Positions 9,836 through 20,108 of a DNA stretch of 64,000 bases are shown here, piece by piece. This stretch comes from an uncultured archaeon (lineage in GTDB: Archaea; Thermoproteota; Nitrososphaeria; Nitrososphaerales; Gagatemarchaeaceae): NCBI GenBank assembly GCA_963799775.1, contig CAWCYD010000003.1:288001-352000 (forward strand). Direction: 5' to 3'. Numbering within the stretch: the stretch's first letter is position 1; each line of letters starts with the position of its first letter. The position numbers and the translations under genes are program-made. A model generated the notes under the pieces. That model saw only the letters and a list, made by a program, of their open reading frames with translations. It searched no databases and was not told the origin of the DNA.

Positions 9836-11161
9836 ATGGCAGACAAACCACACCTAAACCTGATTGTTACTGGTCACGTAGACCACGGCAAGAGCACCAG
9901 CATGGGTCACTTCCTGTTCGACCTTGGTGCAGTAGACGATAGGACCATCCAAGAGTATGCGAAGGAGTCCGAGAAGACCGGAGCGGGTGACTCGTTCAAG
10001 TACGCCTGGGTCCTCGACCAGCTCAAGGACGAGAGGGAGAGAGGAGTAACCATCGACCTCGCGTTCCAAAAGTTCGAGACGCAGAAGTACTTCTACACGC
10101 TCATCGACGCGCCAGGGCACCGCGACTTCATCAAGAACATGATCACTGGCGCCTCCGAGGCGGACGCCGCAGTGCTCGTCGTCTCTGCCAAGACGGGCGA
10201 AAGGGAGACGGCGCTAGGGCCCGGCGGACAGGCCAGAGAGCACGCCTTCCTGCTAAAGACCCTCGGCGTCAACCAGCTAGTGGTCTGCATCAACAAGATG
10301 GACGACCAGACCGTGAAGTATTCCGAGAAGATGTACAACGACGCGAAGCAAGACGTCGAGAACCTGCTAAAGGCCTCCGGATACAACATCTCCAAGATCC
10401 GGTTCATCCCCACGTCGGGGTGGACGGGCGAGAACCTTGCCAAGCCAAGCACCAACATGCCCTGGTACAAGGGGCCAATCCTGCTCCAGGCGCTCGACGA
10501 GTTCACCGAGCCTCCAAAGCCCATCGAAAAGCCGCTCCGCGTCCCGATCCAGGATGTCTACACCATCACGGGCGTAGGCACGGTCCCGGTGGGGAGGGTT
10601 GAGACAGGCCACATGAAGGTCGGCGACTCGGTCATAATCATGCCAGAGGGGCTCACGGCTGAGATCAAGTCCATCGAGACCCACCACACGGCCATGCAAG
10701 AGGCGTTCGCAGGTGACAACATCGGGTTCAACCTCAGAGGCGTCTCGAAGACCGACTTCCACAGGGGCTCGGTCCTAGGGCCTCTGTCCAACCCACCCAC
10801 GATCGCAAAGGAGTTCCTCGCGCAGATCATCGTCGTCTTCCACCCCACGGCGATAGCTGCCGGCTACACACCGGTGCTGCACGCGCACACGGCGCAGGTT
10901 GCCGCCACGATAACGGAGCTAGTCGCGAAGATTGACCCCAGGACCGGTCAGCCAACCGAGGAAAAGCCAAAGACCATAAAGACGGGCGACTCGGCAATCG
11001 TCAAGATTACCCCGCTCAGGCCTCTGGTCCTTGAGACGTTCAAGGAGTTCCCTGAGCTCGGAAGGTTCGCCCTCCGTGATATGGGATCGACAGTTGCCGC
11101 AGGAATAGTTCGTGAAATAACGATCAAGGGCCAAGTAGAGAAGGCAGTCGCAAAGCAGTAG
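9836..11161 (+). CDS. tuf: translation elongation factor EF-1alpha
   Basis: GHVDHGKST, ERERGVTID, DAPGHRDF, NKMD, LGRFALRDM. Confidence 0.99.
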   Translation: MADKPHLNLIVTGHVDHGKSTSMGHFLFDLGAVDDRTIQEYAKESEKTGAGDSFKYAWVLDQLKDERERGVTIDLAFQKFETQKYFYTLIDAPGHRDFIKNMITGASEADAAVLVVSAKTGERETALGPGGQAREHAFLLKTLGVNQLVVCINKMDDQTVKYSEKMYNDAKQDVENLLKASGYNISKIRFIPTSGWTGENLAKPSTNMPWYKGPILLQALDEFTEPPKPIEKPLRVPIQDVYTITGVGTVPVGRVETGHMKVGDSVIIMPEGLTAEIKSIETHHTAMQEAFAGDNIGFNLRGVSKTDFHRGSVLGPLSNPPTIAKEFLAQIIVVFHPTAIAAGYTPVLHAHTAQVAATITELVAKIDPRTGQPTEEKPKTIKTGDSAIVKITPLRPLVLETFKEFPELGRFALRDMGSTVAAGIVREITIKGQVEKAVAKQ

Positions 11162-11168
11162 ACTGCCG

Positions 11169-11204
11169 TTCCTCCTCGTTTTTTCGTCTTCTCTCTGTTT
11201 TTCC
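11169..11204 (+). terminator. T-rich archaeal terminator after tuf
   Basis: Pyrimidine tract with T runs directly after the stop codon. Confidence 0.55.
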
Positions 11205-11222
11205 TAGTCTCGTGAAGTGGTG

Positions 11223-11693
11223 CTAGACCACTCCCAGGACAACTATGACCCCGAAGAGCAGTTGCGTCGCGATGAAGAGCGAGTCCTTCGCGAGTCGCTC
11301 CTTGACATGATTTCTTTCATAGCTGATGTCCACAACCGAGTAGATCAAGGTCATCAGCCAAGAAACAGCGAAGAAGAGGAGGCTGACTCCGAGACCCACC
11401 ACGTCGCTCAGGAGTATCCCGATGACGTTCAGGATCAGAGCATAGGCGACGATGAACGAGACCCATCCAAGCGTGTCCCATCTCTCCGTCTGCGCCCTGT
11501 ACCCCACCTTCGAGTAAGAGAGTATCGAGGTCAGCAGCAGGGGGATGGGAAAGACCAGCTGGATGGCCACGAGTTGGGGCACGATGAGCTGTGACCTCAG
11601 ACTTACCACGAGGAAGAAGATTCCGACGGCTACCGAGAGGAGGGCAGTGTTGAGAGAAATCCTCGACGCCGCTTTGGACTCTAGGCCTGGCAC
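11223..11693 (-). CDS. multi-pass membrane protein
   Basis: 156 aa, about 5 hydrophobic helices. Confidence 0.7.
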   Translation of the reverse strand: MPGLESKAASRISLNTALLSVAVGIFFLVVSLRSQLIVPQLVAIQLVFPIPLLLTSILSYSKVGYRAQTERWDTLGWVSFIVAYALILNVIGILLSDVVGLGVSLLFFAVSWLMTLIYSVVDISYERNHVKERLAKDSLFIATQLLFGVIVVLGVV

Positions 11694-11841
11694 CCTCGGC
11701 TTCCGCCCTAGAGCCCATGTCCGGGTTAATATCCAATCTCAACCCCGTCGCAGGCGCGCCATGCTTGGTGACCTTCATCGCATCCAGAAAAATTCACACA
11801 AAAGACGTATTACTTGGCGCCCATGCTCAGGACGAAGCTTA

Positions 11842-12135
11842 ATGTCGAACTCGCCTCTCGTCTATGACGGTCTAGAGTTCAAAGAGAAAGAGATCCTCGC
11901 CCGCTACCGATCTCTGAAGCGAAGGCTGGGCATCTCGAGCGTGATCAGCATAATGACCATCATCCCAGCGATGGGGCTCCTCGTCCTTTACTACGTCTCC
12001 CCTTCCAGCACCTCCCCGTATCTTTACCTCGTCTTCCTCGGGGTCTCGATCCCCTTCACGATCCTCAGTTTCCTCTCCAACTCGAAGATCACAGAGATCA
12101 TCAATTCCAACGAAGTCAGGCACGTAGGGTTCTAA
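11842..12135 (+). CDS. small two-TM membrane protein
   Basis: MSNSPLVYDGLEFKEK..., two hydrophobic segments; start moved to ATG 11842. Confidence 0.65.
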   Translation: MSNSPLVYDGLEFKEKEILARYRSLKRRLGISSVISIMTIIPAMGLLVLYYVSPSSTSPYLYLVFLGVSIPFTILSFLSNSKITEIINSNEVRHVGF

Positions 12136-12136
12136 G

Positions 12137-13617
12137 CTAAGGAATCAGTCTCGGACGGTCCTTCTGTCTCGTCGCCCACCCCAGCAAGAGGGCCGCGGCG
12201 AAGACTGGAACCGACAGGGCGAAGAACGTGGTCGGAAACTCCGGCGCGGTCGTGACGGTGCTCGACGTGGTCGTGCTCGAGGCGCTCGTCTCGGTCGTGC
12301 TCGTGGTCGAAGAGACGGTCGGCCCTCTAGCCAGAAGGTAGTATTCGAATCCCGTGGGCGTCAACGTCAGCGACCTCATGTTCTGCGCCCATTCTTGATT
12401 GATTTGGCCATCCAGCGTGAAGTATCCCTCGGTGTCCAGCTGAGGCGTGTAGTTCAGGTAGGCAAAGAAGTACTGCTCAGAGAACGCGTTGTACACCTCC
12501 ACATGGTATATCGAGCAGAACCTGTCCATTATCTGGAGGAACGGGACGTCTATGTTCGAGCTGAAGCCCCAGACCTCCTGATGGTCGGCGAACTCCCCAC
12601 CGACCCCAGTTCCCGGAGGAGGAGAGGGGACGGTGACCTCTTCGCTCCAGGACTCGCTTATCACGAGACGCTTTCCATCCTGCTGGGCCAGCTGCGCCAT
12701 TTCCGCAAGCACCTGCAGGTTGTTGCCGTAGATCGGGTAGATGTGGGTCGTCAGGAAGTCCAGCCTCGGATCGCTCGCAAACCCCTGCATGAACTGCACC
12801 CCGAGCCACGTCCCAGCCCCCGCGCAGATCTTCGTCGGGCTCCCGGTCTTGTTGAGCGACGCGAGCTGCTGCTCGATGAAGGCAGTCCATCCCGACGGCG
12901 TGTCTAGCTGGTGATATCCAGACAGGGCAGCCTCCGTGTCCGCCTCCGTCCCGATGTCGATGTAGTCTGGCTTGATCTGGTTGATTATCAGCTGGTTCTG
13001 CGCGATGCTGTCGCTCACGAACTGAGCGTACGGCAGGCTGTTGAAGCTGTAGTTGATGTTGGAATACCCGGTCCCCACGAACGCCACGTGCGATTCCACC
13101 AGCGCTTTCATGCCCCTCGAATGCACGTTCTGGACGAGTTGAGTGTAGTAGCTCAGGTATTGGGAGCTGTTCGGGAACGAGGGCTGCAAGAGCGGGAACG
13201 GGATCGAGATCTCCACCTCGTTGACGCCGAGGCTCTGGTAGGCGTCAAGGTTGGCGTTTACGGTATTCTGGTTGCTGGCCTGAAGGAGGGTGGTCCCCTT
13301 GTTTCCGTCAGCTGGGACGAGCGAAGCCGAGAAGGTGAAGACGTTCCTCACTGAGGGATAGGGCCCAAGCTCGAGTTGAACGCGTTCAAAGTGGACTCGA
13401 GCGACGTGTAGTTTGCTTCGTAGGCGGCTGCAACCGTGGTGTTGTATTGTTGCACTGTGGCCTGAGAGAGCGGCCCGCCAACAAGGACAGGAGTCGCATG
13501 GCCTCCTGTCGAGAGGCGTGTCCCACCGGATGCCGCCTGGGAGACGTGGACGACCTGCACGAGCAACAACGAAACAACGATCAGAGCGGACATGGAGAGC
13601 CACCGACGTCGCGCCAA
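12137..13617 (-). CDS. secreted glycoside-hydrolase-like (TIM barrel) surface protein with S/T linker and PEF-CTERM-like anchor (frameshift ~13350)
   Basis: Signal peptide in ORF 13348-13617; body has IDIGTE and LVISES candidate catalytic Glu; C-terminus is S/T-rich, then APEFP, a TM helix and a basic tail. Confidence 0.7.
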
Positions 13618-13656
13618 TCCGCGTTTCTGCCCCTCGTGGGATAATAAGCGAAGGCT

Positions 13657-13836
13657 TTAGGGCCCTTCGAAACCGCAGTTCACGCACTTGTATCTTCTGG
13701 AGAACTTCCTGCAAAGCTCGTCGCGCCAGATGAGCACCTGATGGCAGCTCGGGCAGTTGAACCTGACCGCCTTGGTGCCCGGAAGGATGGGTCTGTTGCA
13801 TGATGTGCAGTGCGAAAGAGAGAAGCCCTCTGGCAT
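13657..13836 (-). CDS. archaeal zinc-ribbon protein (DUF1610/HVO_2753-like), absent from ORF track
   Basis: MPEGFSLSHCTSCNRPILPGTKAVRFNCPSCHQVLIWRDELCRKFSRRYKCVNCGFEGP*, with the family-typical CxxCGFEGP end. Confidence 0.9.
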   Translation of the reverse strand: MPEGFSLSHCTSCNRPILPGTKAVRFNCPSCHQVLIWRDELCRKFSRRYKCVNCGFEGP

Positions 13837-13927
13837 TTCCTGTTGTCGGTTAGGAGCCTCTTTGATGATTTATTAAACTAGAGCCCTGCGAATGTCCGAT
13901 TTAGACGCTTGCACCATAACCCCTTAA

Positions 13928-15118
13928 CAGTATCTCCGAACGAGCGCGGATTTTAGCCTTCGCTCAACGAGTTGTGATTTTGGGTCGTAGGGAGTCCTCA
14001 CCTCGAAGCCTCAGGTTATGATTACCACATCCAACCTGTCAGCCAGAGGATTCGATACCGTTCTGAGGCGATACGTGCCCAAGCTGTTGTGCTTCGAGGT
14101 GAAGCCCAGCTACTCGTACAAGAAGAGCGACTATATGCGTCTCCTTGTCAACTCGTCTGTACTCAATGCCTACGCGGAAGGTATGAGCAATGTCTCCAAC
14201 AAGATGGGGTCCGGAGTGCCGAACTCTGACACCGCGCTGATGCGCTTCAAGAGCATCGACAGGTACGAGCTGCAGAGCGTCGTCTCCATCGTCCTCGAGG
14301 AGCAGGTCGACGAGCTGAGGAGGAAGGGCCCTTCTTAGCAGGCCCGTCCCGATCGCTTTCGACTGGCACGACCAGATGTTTTACGGCGAGAAGGAGACGG
14401 AGATGGTCAACGGGACCAGGCCCAAGGACGGCTCCTGTTACGCCTACCAGTACCTCACGGCGTCCATCCTCGTCGACGGGAAGAGGCTGACCATAGTCCT
14501 CACTCCAATCAAGAGCATGAAGCACCTCCTGGATTATGTGAAGGACGCGCTGAACCAGATACGGAACATTGGCGTCATGGTGAGATACCTCCTCTTCGAC
14601 GGAGGCTTCTCGTGCCTCGAGCTTCCTGCCTACCTCGAGGAGAAGGGGTACACGTACACAATCCATTTCACCCCTAACGCTGTGACGAAGAGGATTGGCC
14701 TCCAGGACGGTCGATCTGCCCTCTATCCGTCCGAAAGGCCGTTCAAGCTCGTCAGGGTCGACGACGCAGAGACGAAGATCACCTACCTCTTCGCGACGAA
14801 CATGTCGTGCAGGCCGAAGAGGCTGCTGAAGCGCTACAAGACCCGCTGGGGCGTGGAGACGACCTACCGGGAGCACAACCTCTTCCTCCCGAGGACGAAA
14901 TCGAAGAACTTCACGGTGAGGCTGCTCTACTACGCGGTGGCAGTCTGCATGTACAACGCGTGGTGCATCCTCAACGCGTCAGAAGACGACCCGGATGCCA
15001 AGGAAGACGAGGGTGCCGACCACGTGACAGCGTTGGAAGCGAAGGTCTTCATCCTCCTCGCATTCCTAATCCAAGCACCGGCGTGTGGAGCGTGAACCAT
15101 GCTCATTCGGAGATACTG
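13928..15118 (+). mobile_element. ISH3-family insertion sequence (1191 bp)
   Basis: TIRs CAGTATCTCCGAACGAGC (13928-13945) and GCTCATTCGGAGATACTG (15101-15118), 17/18 match; TTAA duplicated on both flanks. Confidence 0.9.
14018..15095 (+). CDS. ISH3-family DDE transposase (frameshift ~14332)
   Basis: IAFDWHDQMFYG, LLFDGGF, YKTRWGVETTYR. Confidence 0.88.
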
Positions 15119-15288
15119 TTAAGAGTCGGCGCCTCGAATCGATCCTGAACGGACATCGATCATTTGGTAGATTCAATCCTCTGTCTTGTTTCTCTGTTCG
15201 CGGGCAACCGCCGACTAACGCTTCACAAACCTTTAATTGTCCGAATGGGCCTTCGGGGTTTCTAGTTTTGCGGTTTATCGGCAATAAG

Positions 15289-18200
15289 ATGCCAGCGTTT
15301 CCCATCGTGATATTCCTAGCAATCCTCCTCCTCATGCCATCCTTCCTCGTGCTCTCGGTCGGGAGGGTCTCAGGAGCGCCCACACCGCAAGCCGCCCCCT
15401 CCTCGTCTAGCCCGATCCCGAGCGTGAAGATCAACCCTCTTTCCAGCTACAGGAGCCTCGGCGCCGCGGACCCGAACATGCCCATCCTGATATCGGTGGC
15501 CATCCCGCTGAGAAACCTTCCGCTACTCTCCTCTATGGTCAAGCAGTCCTCCGACCCTACATCAGCCAACTACAGGCACTTCATCAACCTCTCAGAGGCC
15601 AGCAGTCTCTTCCTCCCTACCCAGAGCCAGTACCAGAGCGTCCTGAATTACCTCAGCGCGAGCGGGTTCACAGTCGAGCTCTCCGAGTTGAACTCCATGC
15701 TCGTCGTGAGGGGGACCGTAGCCCAGGTTCACCAGTACATGGGGCAGGGGGTCCAACTCTACACGAACGGGACGTATTCCTATTACGCGACCACGGGGGC
15801 CAGCTCGCTCGTCGGGGCGTATTCCTTCGGGTCCAACTCGAGCGCGCTCTTCATGCGCCCCGACATCATGAGGGCGGGAGCCACCGGTTCGGGTGCGATC
15901 CCCAGCCAGAACGTGACCTTCACAGAGGGAGGACAGGCTACAACCCTCCTGCGGAACGTCTACAACACGACAGGCCTGATCTCAAAGGGCTTCGACGGCA
16001 GGGGGTACACAATCGGGTTGCTCGACTTCTACGGCAATCCTCTTGTTGGAAGCGATCTAGCCGCATATGACAACCTCTTTGGGCTGCAGGCCCCTCCAAG
16101 CTTCTCGGTCGCCCCAATCGGACCTTACAACCCCAACCTAGGCGACGCGTTCGGCTGGGACGGTGAGATCGACCTGGACGTCCAAGTCTCTCACGCGATG
16201 GCTCCGGGAGCAAACATCATTCTCTATGCCGGCAACGGTGAGCTACCTCTGTCGACGGCGATTGCGGCTATCGTCCAGGACGGCAGGGCGAACGTCGTCT
16301 CTCAGAGCTTCGGGATACCAGAGTGGGAATACTATGAGATAGGGCCCATGTCTTATCTGTTCAACCTCGTCTTCGCCGACGACTACTACATGCTCGGCTC
16401 GGCGTTGGGAATGACCTTCACCACCTCTACGGGAGACGCCGGCGGCAGCGGATACAGCGCCGGCCCCGAGGGCGACGTCGAGTACCCCAGCGCGTCTCCG
16501 TATGTCACCGCGCTAGGGGGCACGGCGACTTACATCTCCACTTCAGCCAGCGGAGCGACGATCTTCAATCAGACCGCCTGGTCCAGCATCGGGTACTCTC
16601 CCTACCTCGTCAACGAGGGAGGCGGCGGTGGGGGAGTCAGCATCCTCGAACCTACGCCGTGGTATCAGTCGTCCCTCTCGATACCCACCTCCTTCCCCCA
16701 CGGGCGGATGGTGCCGGACCTGTCGCTGGATTCCAGCGGTCAACCAGGCACCTACGTCGTCTTCCAAGGCGCTCCGATCGCGATCGGAGGGACGAGCGAG
16801 GCCAGCCCCCTCTTCGCAGGGCTGCTCACGCTCATCATGGGATCGCAGAGAGGGACGCTGGGGCTCGTGAACCCGTGGCTGTATAGTCTCGCCTCCAACC
16901 CCAAGACATACCTCAGCGCCTATCACCCGGTCACCTTCGGTTACATCATCCCGTGGGTCTCCAAGTTCGGCTACAATCTGGCAACCGGCTGGGGCGCCCC
17001 GAACATCGGAGAGATGGCAAGCCTCCTCCCTTCGGCCGGGACAGGTTCCCAGTCGCTGAACATTGACGTCGCATTCTCCAATCCGGGCAAGAGTAACTTC
17101 ACTGACTTCTCACTGGACCAGAAAATCAACGTGGTCGCAACCATCACGTCCTCCTCGGGCCTGGCAGTCACGACAGGGTCGTTCAACGCCAGTCTCCAGA
17201 CCCTGGCTGGGAAGTCTGCCGCGGTCCCGATGACTTACGCCGCGTCGCAGAGGAACTGGGAAGGGACGATAGTCATGGGCAACCAGTCCGGCATCGCGTA
17301 CATCAACGTGGCCGGCACCAGCGGCTCCGGCCAGAGCGGCACAGGTTTCGCCTCGACCTTCACAGGTTTCCTGGCGACCTACAACCAGCCGCTAGCCCCG
17401 TATCCATGGACCTTCCTCAAAGGACTCGAGGTCTCGATATCGATAACCGACCTCTTCGGCAACATCCCCGTCCTCGGGGCTGAGCCGATCTCCTTCAACA
17501 CGTACTCTATCCAGACCAACCAATACTATCAGGAGGCGTTCTCGAACGTCAACTTCTCCGACATCAGCGGCTACTACATAGGGAACATCCAGGCCAACCT
17601 GGTCGACGGCATAAGCACTCTCACGACCGGCGGGCCCGTGGTGGGATACCTACCATTTGTGAGCGGGATAAGCCTCCTCGGGTCCGACATCTACCCACAG
17701 GTGGTCGCCGAGCCTGGGGCGGTGGCGCCGGGACAGTCGCTCACCATCGTCGCCACGGTCACCGCGCCGGAGAACATCTACCTCATGCAGTCGCTAGCCA
17801 CAGGCCTGTCCATCGGCGCGAGCGTCGCCGAAGGCGCCAACGTGACCGCGACCCTCGTCAGCCCGTCTGGGGTGAAGATGACGACTTCCAGCATGGCCGA
17901 GACGCCGTGCGCTCAGGCGCTGCGTGCCTGCGGCGCATCCTTGACTCTCATCAACGGCTATCTCACCGTACCAATGAACGCGGCGCCCGGGCTCTACACC
18001 GTGATGCTCAACGCCGCTTACAACGACGAGACCACGGGCCTAAACCTCGGAGGGAGTTACTTCGGCCAGATTTACGTGGCAAAGGCGGCCTCGGTTCCTG
18101 GTATCTCCGTGAGCCCCACGACGGTCTTCGAGGGGCAGAATGCGACGATCGCTGCGAGCATCACCGAAGCTAACGGGAGTGAGGTGACGAACGGTCTTTA

Positions 18201-19368
18201 CACGGCGTTGATCTACCCTCAGAACTCGCAGGACCAGTACTCGACCATCATGCACTCCACGTACGAGGGGTTCGGGCTCATCCCGCTGTCCTACGACGCC
18301 AACCTCAACCTTTGGACGGCCAACGTGACCATGCCGTCCCCATACGATTCGGCCCTGGTAGCCTCGACGAACGGAAATGCCGAGTACTACGGAGGTCCGT
18401 ATGACGTCTACGTCTCCGGACTGTCGGCGAGCGGTGTGCCGACGGCATCGAACCTCGATGCCCAGCAGAGCTTCTTCATCCAGCCCTACGTGTTCACGGC
18501 GAACACGGTCCTGACCAACCCCGGGCAGACGTCTCGCCTGGCGCTCTCGAACGTCACTATCGATGGCGGGTCGTCGGCCCTGAACCTGCAGTATGATTAC
18601 TTCATCGGGTCCAACACAGTCAAAGGCGCCGATGTCACCATAACGTCATCCACGGTCTCGGGGCACCTCAACATCGAGAACGGGCAGACGACGCTCACAG
18701 ACGTCAACGGCGGGGACATCGTCGCGACCGACGCCAACGTGGTGTTGCAACACTCGTCTGTCTCGTCGCTGAACCTCGGAAACGGGGCGACCGCCTCTTT
18801 GGACTCGTCTTCCTCATCCAACATCTTTAGCCCGCCGCTGCCCGTGCTCACCATCTCGTCGCCCACCGGCAACGTAACATACAAGGGGACGCTCAACGTC
18901 AAGGTCGGCGTACAGGGGACCGGGGTGAGGGTCGTCTCGTTCTACCTGGACGGCAGACAGCTCCCGACTTCCCAAACCGTCTCTGCTGGAAACGTCACCT
19001 CTCTCTCCATCGACACCTCGACGATCCCTGACGGCATCCACATCTTCACCGTCCAGGCGACCCAGTCGGATCTCCTGACATCCAGCGCGTCGGTCTCCTT
19101 CGTCACCGACAACCAGCTCTCAGCGGTGAGCAGCAACCTGTCCAAAGCCCAGAGCGACCTTTCGACAGCCAACTCGACGATAGTATCCCTGGGAGGCAGC
19201 CTTGACCAGGCGAACTCTAACCTGTCGACCGTCCAGAGCAACCTGAAATCCGCCAACAACACGATCAACGAGCTCACGTATGTCGCCGTGGCAGCGCTCG
19301 CCGTGGGAGTCATCGGGCTCGGGCTCGCCGTCTATGCGGTGAAGGGCAAGGCTCCCTGGAAGTACTAG
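15289..19368 (+). CDS. S53 (sedolisin) peptidase with pro-domain, long C-terminal extension and membrane anchor
   Basis: Signal peptide from ATG 15289; EIDLD, TGDAG, PDLS, GGTSEASP, YNLATGWG; C-terminal heptad-like region plus TM helix. Confidence 0.93.
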   Translation: MPAFPIVIFLAILLLMPSFLVLSVGRVSGAPTPQAAPSSSSPIPSVKINPLSSYRSLGAADPNMPILISVAIPLRNLPLLSSMVKQSSDPTSANYRHFINLSEASSLFLPTQSQYQSVLNYLSASGFTVELSELNSMLVVRGTVAQVHQYMGQGVQLYTNGTYSYYATTGASSLVGAYSFGSNSSALFMRPDIMRAGATGSGAIPSQNVTFTEGGQATTLLRNVYNTTGLISKGFDGRGYTIGLLDFYGNPLVGSDLAAYDNLFGLQAPPSFSVAPIGPYNPNLGDAFGWDGEIDLDVQVSHAMAPGANIILYAGNGELPLSTAIAAIVQDGRANVVSQSFGIPEWEYYEIGPMSYLFNLVFADDYYMLGSALGMTFTTSTGDAGGSGYSAGPEGDVEYPSASPYVTALGGTATYISTSASGATIFNQTAWSSIGYSPYLVNEGGGGGGVSILEPTPWYQSSLSIPTSFPHGRMVPDLSLDSSGQPGTYVVFQGAPIAIGGTSEASPLFAGLLTLIMGSQRGTLGLVNPWLYSLASNPKTYLSAYHPVTFGYIIPWVSKFGYNLATGWGAPNIGEMASLLPSAGTGSQSLNIDVAFSNPGKSNFTDFSLDQKINVVATITSSSGLAVTTGSFNASLQTLAGKSAAVPMTYAASQRNWEGTIVMGNQSGIAYINVAGTSGSGQSGTGFASTFTGFLATYNQPLAPYPWTFLKGLEVSISITDLFGNIPVLGAEPISFNTYSIQTNQYYQEAFSNVNFSDISGYYIGNIQANLVDGISTLTTGGPVVGYLPFVSGISLLGSDIYPQVVAEPGAVAPGQSLTIVATVTAPENIYLMQSLATGLSIGASVAEGANVTATLVSPSGVKMTTSSMAETPCAQALRACGASLTLINGYLTVPMNAAPGLYTVMLNAAYNDETTGLNLGGSYFGQIYVAKAASVPGISVSPTTVFEGQNATIAASITEANGSEVTNGLYTALIYPQNSQDQYSTIMHSTYEGFGLIPLSYDANLNLWTANVTMPSPYDSALVASTNGNAEYYGGPYDVYVSGLSASGVPTASNLDAQQSFFIQPYVFTANTVLTNPGQTSRLALSNVTIDGGSSALNLQYDYFIGSNTVKGADVTITSSTVSGHLNIENGQTTLTDVNGGDIVATDANVVLQHSSVSSLNLGNGATASLDSSSSSNIFSPPLPVLTISSPTGNVTYKGTLNVKVGVQGTGVRVVSFYLDGRQLPTSQTVSAGNVTSLSIDTSTIPDGIHIFTVQATQSDLLTSSASVSFVTDNQLSAVSSNLSKAQSDLSTANSTIVSLGGSLDQANSNLSTVQSNLKSANNTINELTYVAVAALAVGVIGLGLAVYAVKGKAPWKY

Positions 19369-19392
19369 GCAGCGATCCTTCGGGCCAGAGCA

Positions 19393-20105
19393 TCAGCCAG
19401 TGACTGTGACTTCGGCCTTCATCACTGGGTGTATCGTGCAGTAGTAGTCGAAAGTCCCATCATTTGCGAACGTGTAGCTCACCGTCTGGAAGGTCGATAT
19501 CAAGGGTGACGTGTAGTTCGCCCCAGTCAGGAAGCTGACGTCGTGCTCGCCCGGGTCGCAACAGGTGATGTATCCGTTCAGGTTGATCCACGTCACCCGG
19601 GTCCCTTTGCCACTGTGACGTTCCGGGGATAGAAGGAGGGGTACTTCATCAGGACCAGCATCGGAACGACCTCGACTCGGAGCGATTGGTTCGATGGGGC
19701 GATCCCTTGCCCGCTGACCTCTATGACGACCGAGTAGTTGCCGACCGTGATTCCAGACTTGGCCGTAATCACGACCGGTATCCTCTGCGGGCTCGCCGAG
19801 ACAGTCACCGAGCTCTGGTTCATGACGAAGGTCACCCCGCCGGGTGAGAATGCCTTCAAGGTCACCACGGCTCCGACCTGCTGACCAACTGCCGCGACCT
19901 CGATCAAGGAGTAGTTCTGCACCTGGCCCGGGGAGATCAGGGGAGAGGGCGGGATTGCCGACACGGTCACGCTCTCCTGCTTCGCGCCGCCTCCTAGCGA
20001 CCCGGCGAACTCAACGTAGGCCGCCATGCTAGCGACGATGACGACGGCGACGAGGACGACAACGATGGCCGCTCTGGACGCCGCCGGCCTACCCGGTGCT
20101 TCCAA
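19393..20105 (-). CDS. membrane-anchored cupredoxin (plastocyanin/amicyanin-like; frameshift ~19595)
   Basis: N-terminal TM; FYPRNVTV then VTWIN...EHDV...YYCTIHPVM type-1 Cu ligands. Confidence 0.85.
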
Positions 20106-20108
20106 GGC

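Noticed and set aside
13618-13801. N-terminal part of the 554-aa ORF 12137-13801
   Set aside because: It is an out-of-frame reading of the zinc-ribbon gene and of the true signal-peptide ORF 13348-13617.
15085-15288. N-terminal extension of the S53 ORF
   Set aside because: It spans the ISH3 right end and promoter DNA; the signal peptide starts at ATG 15289.
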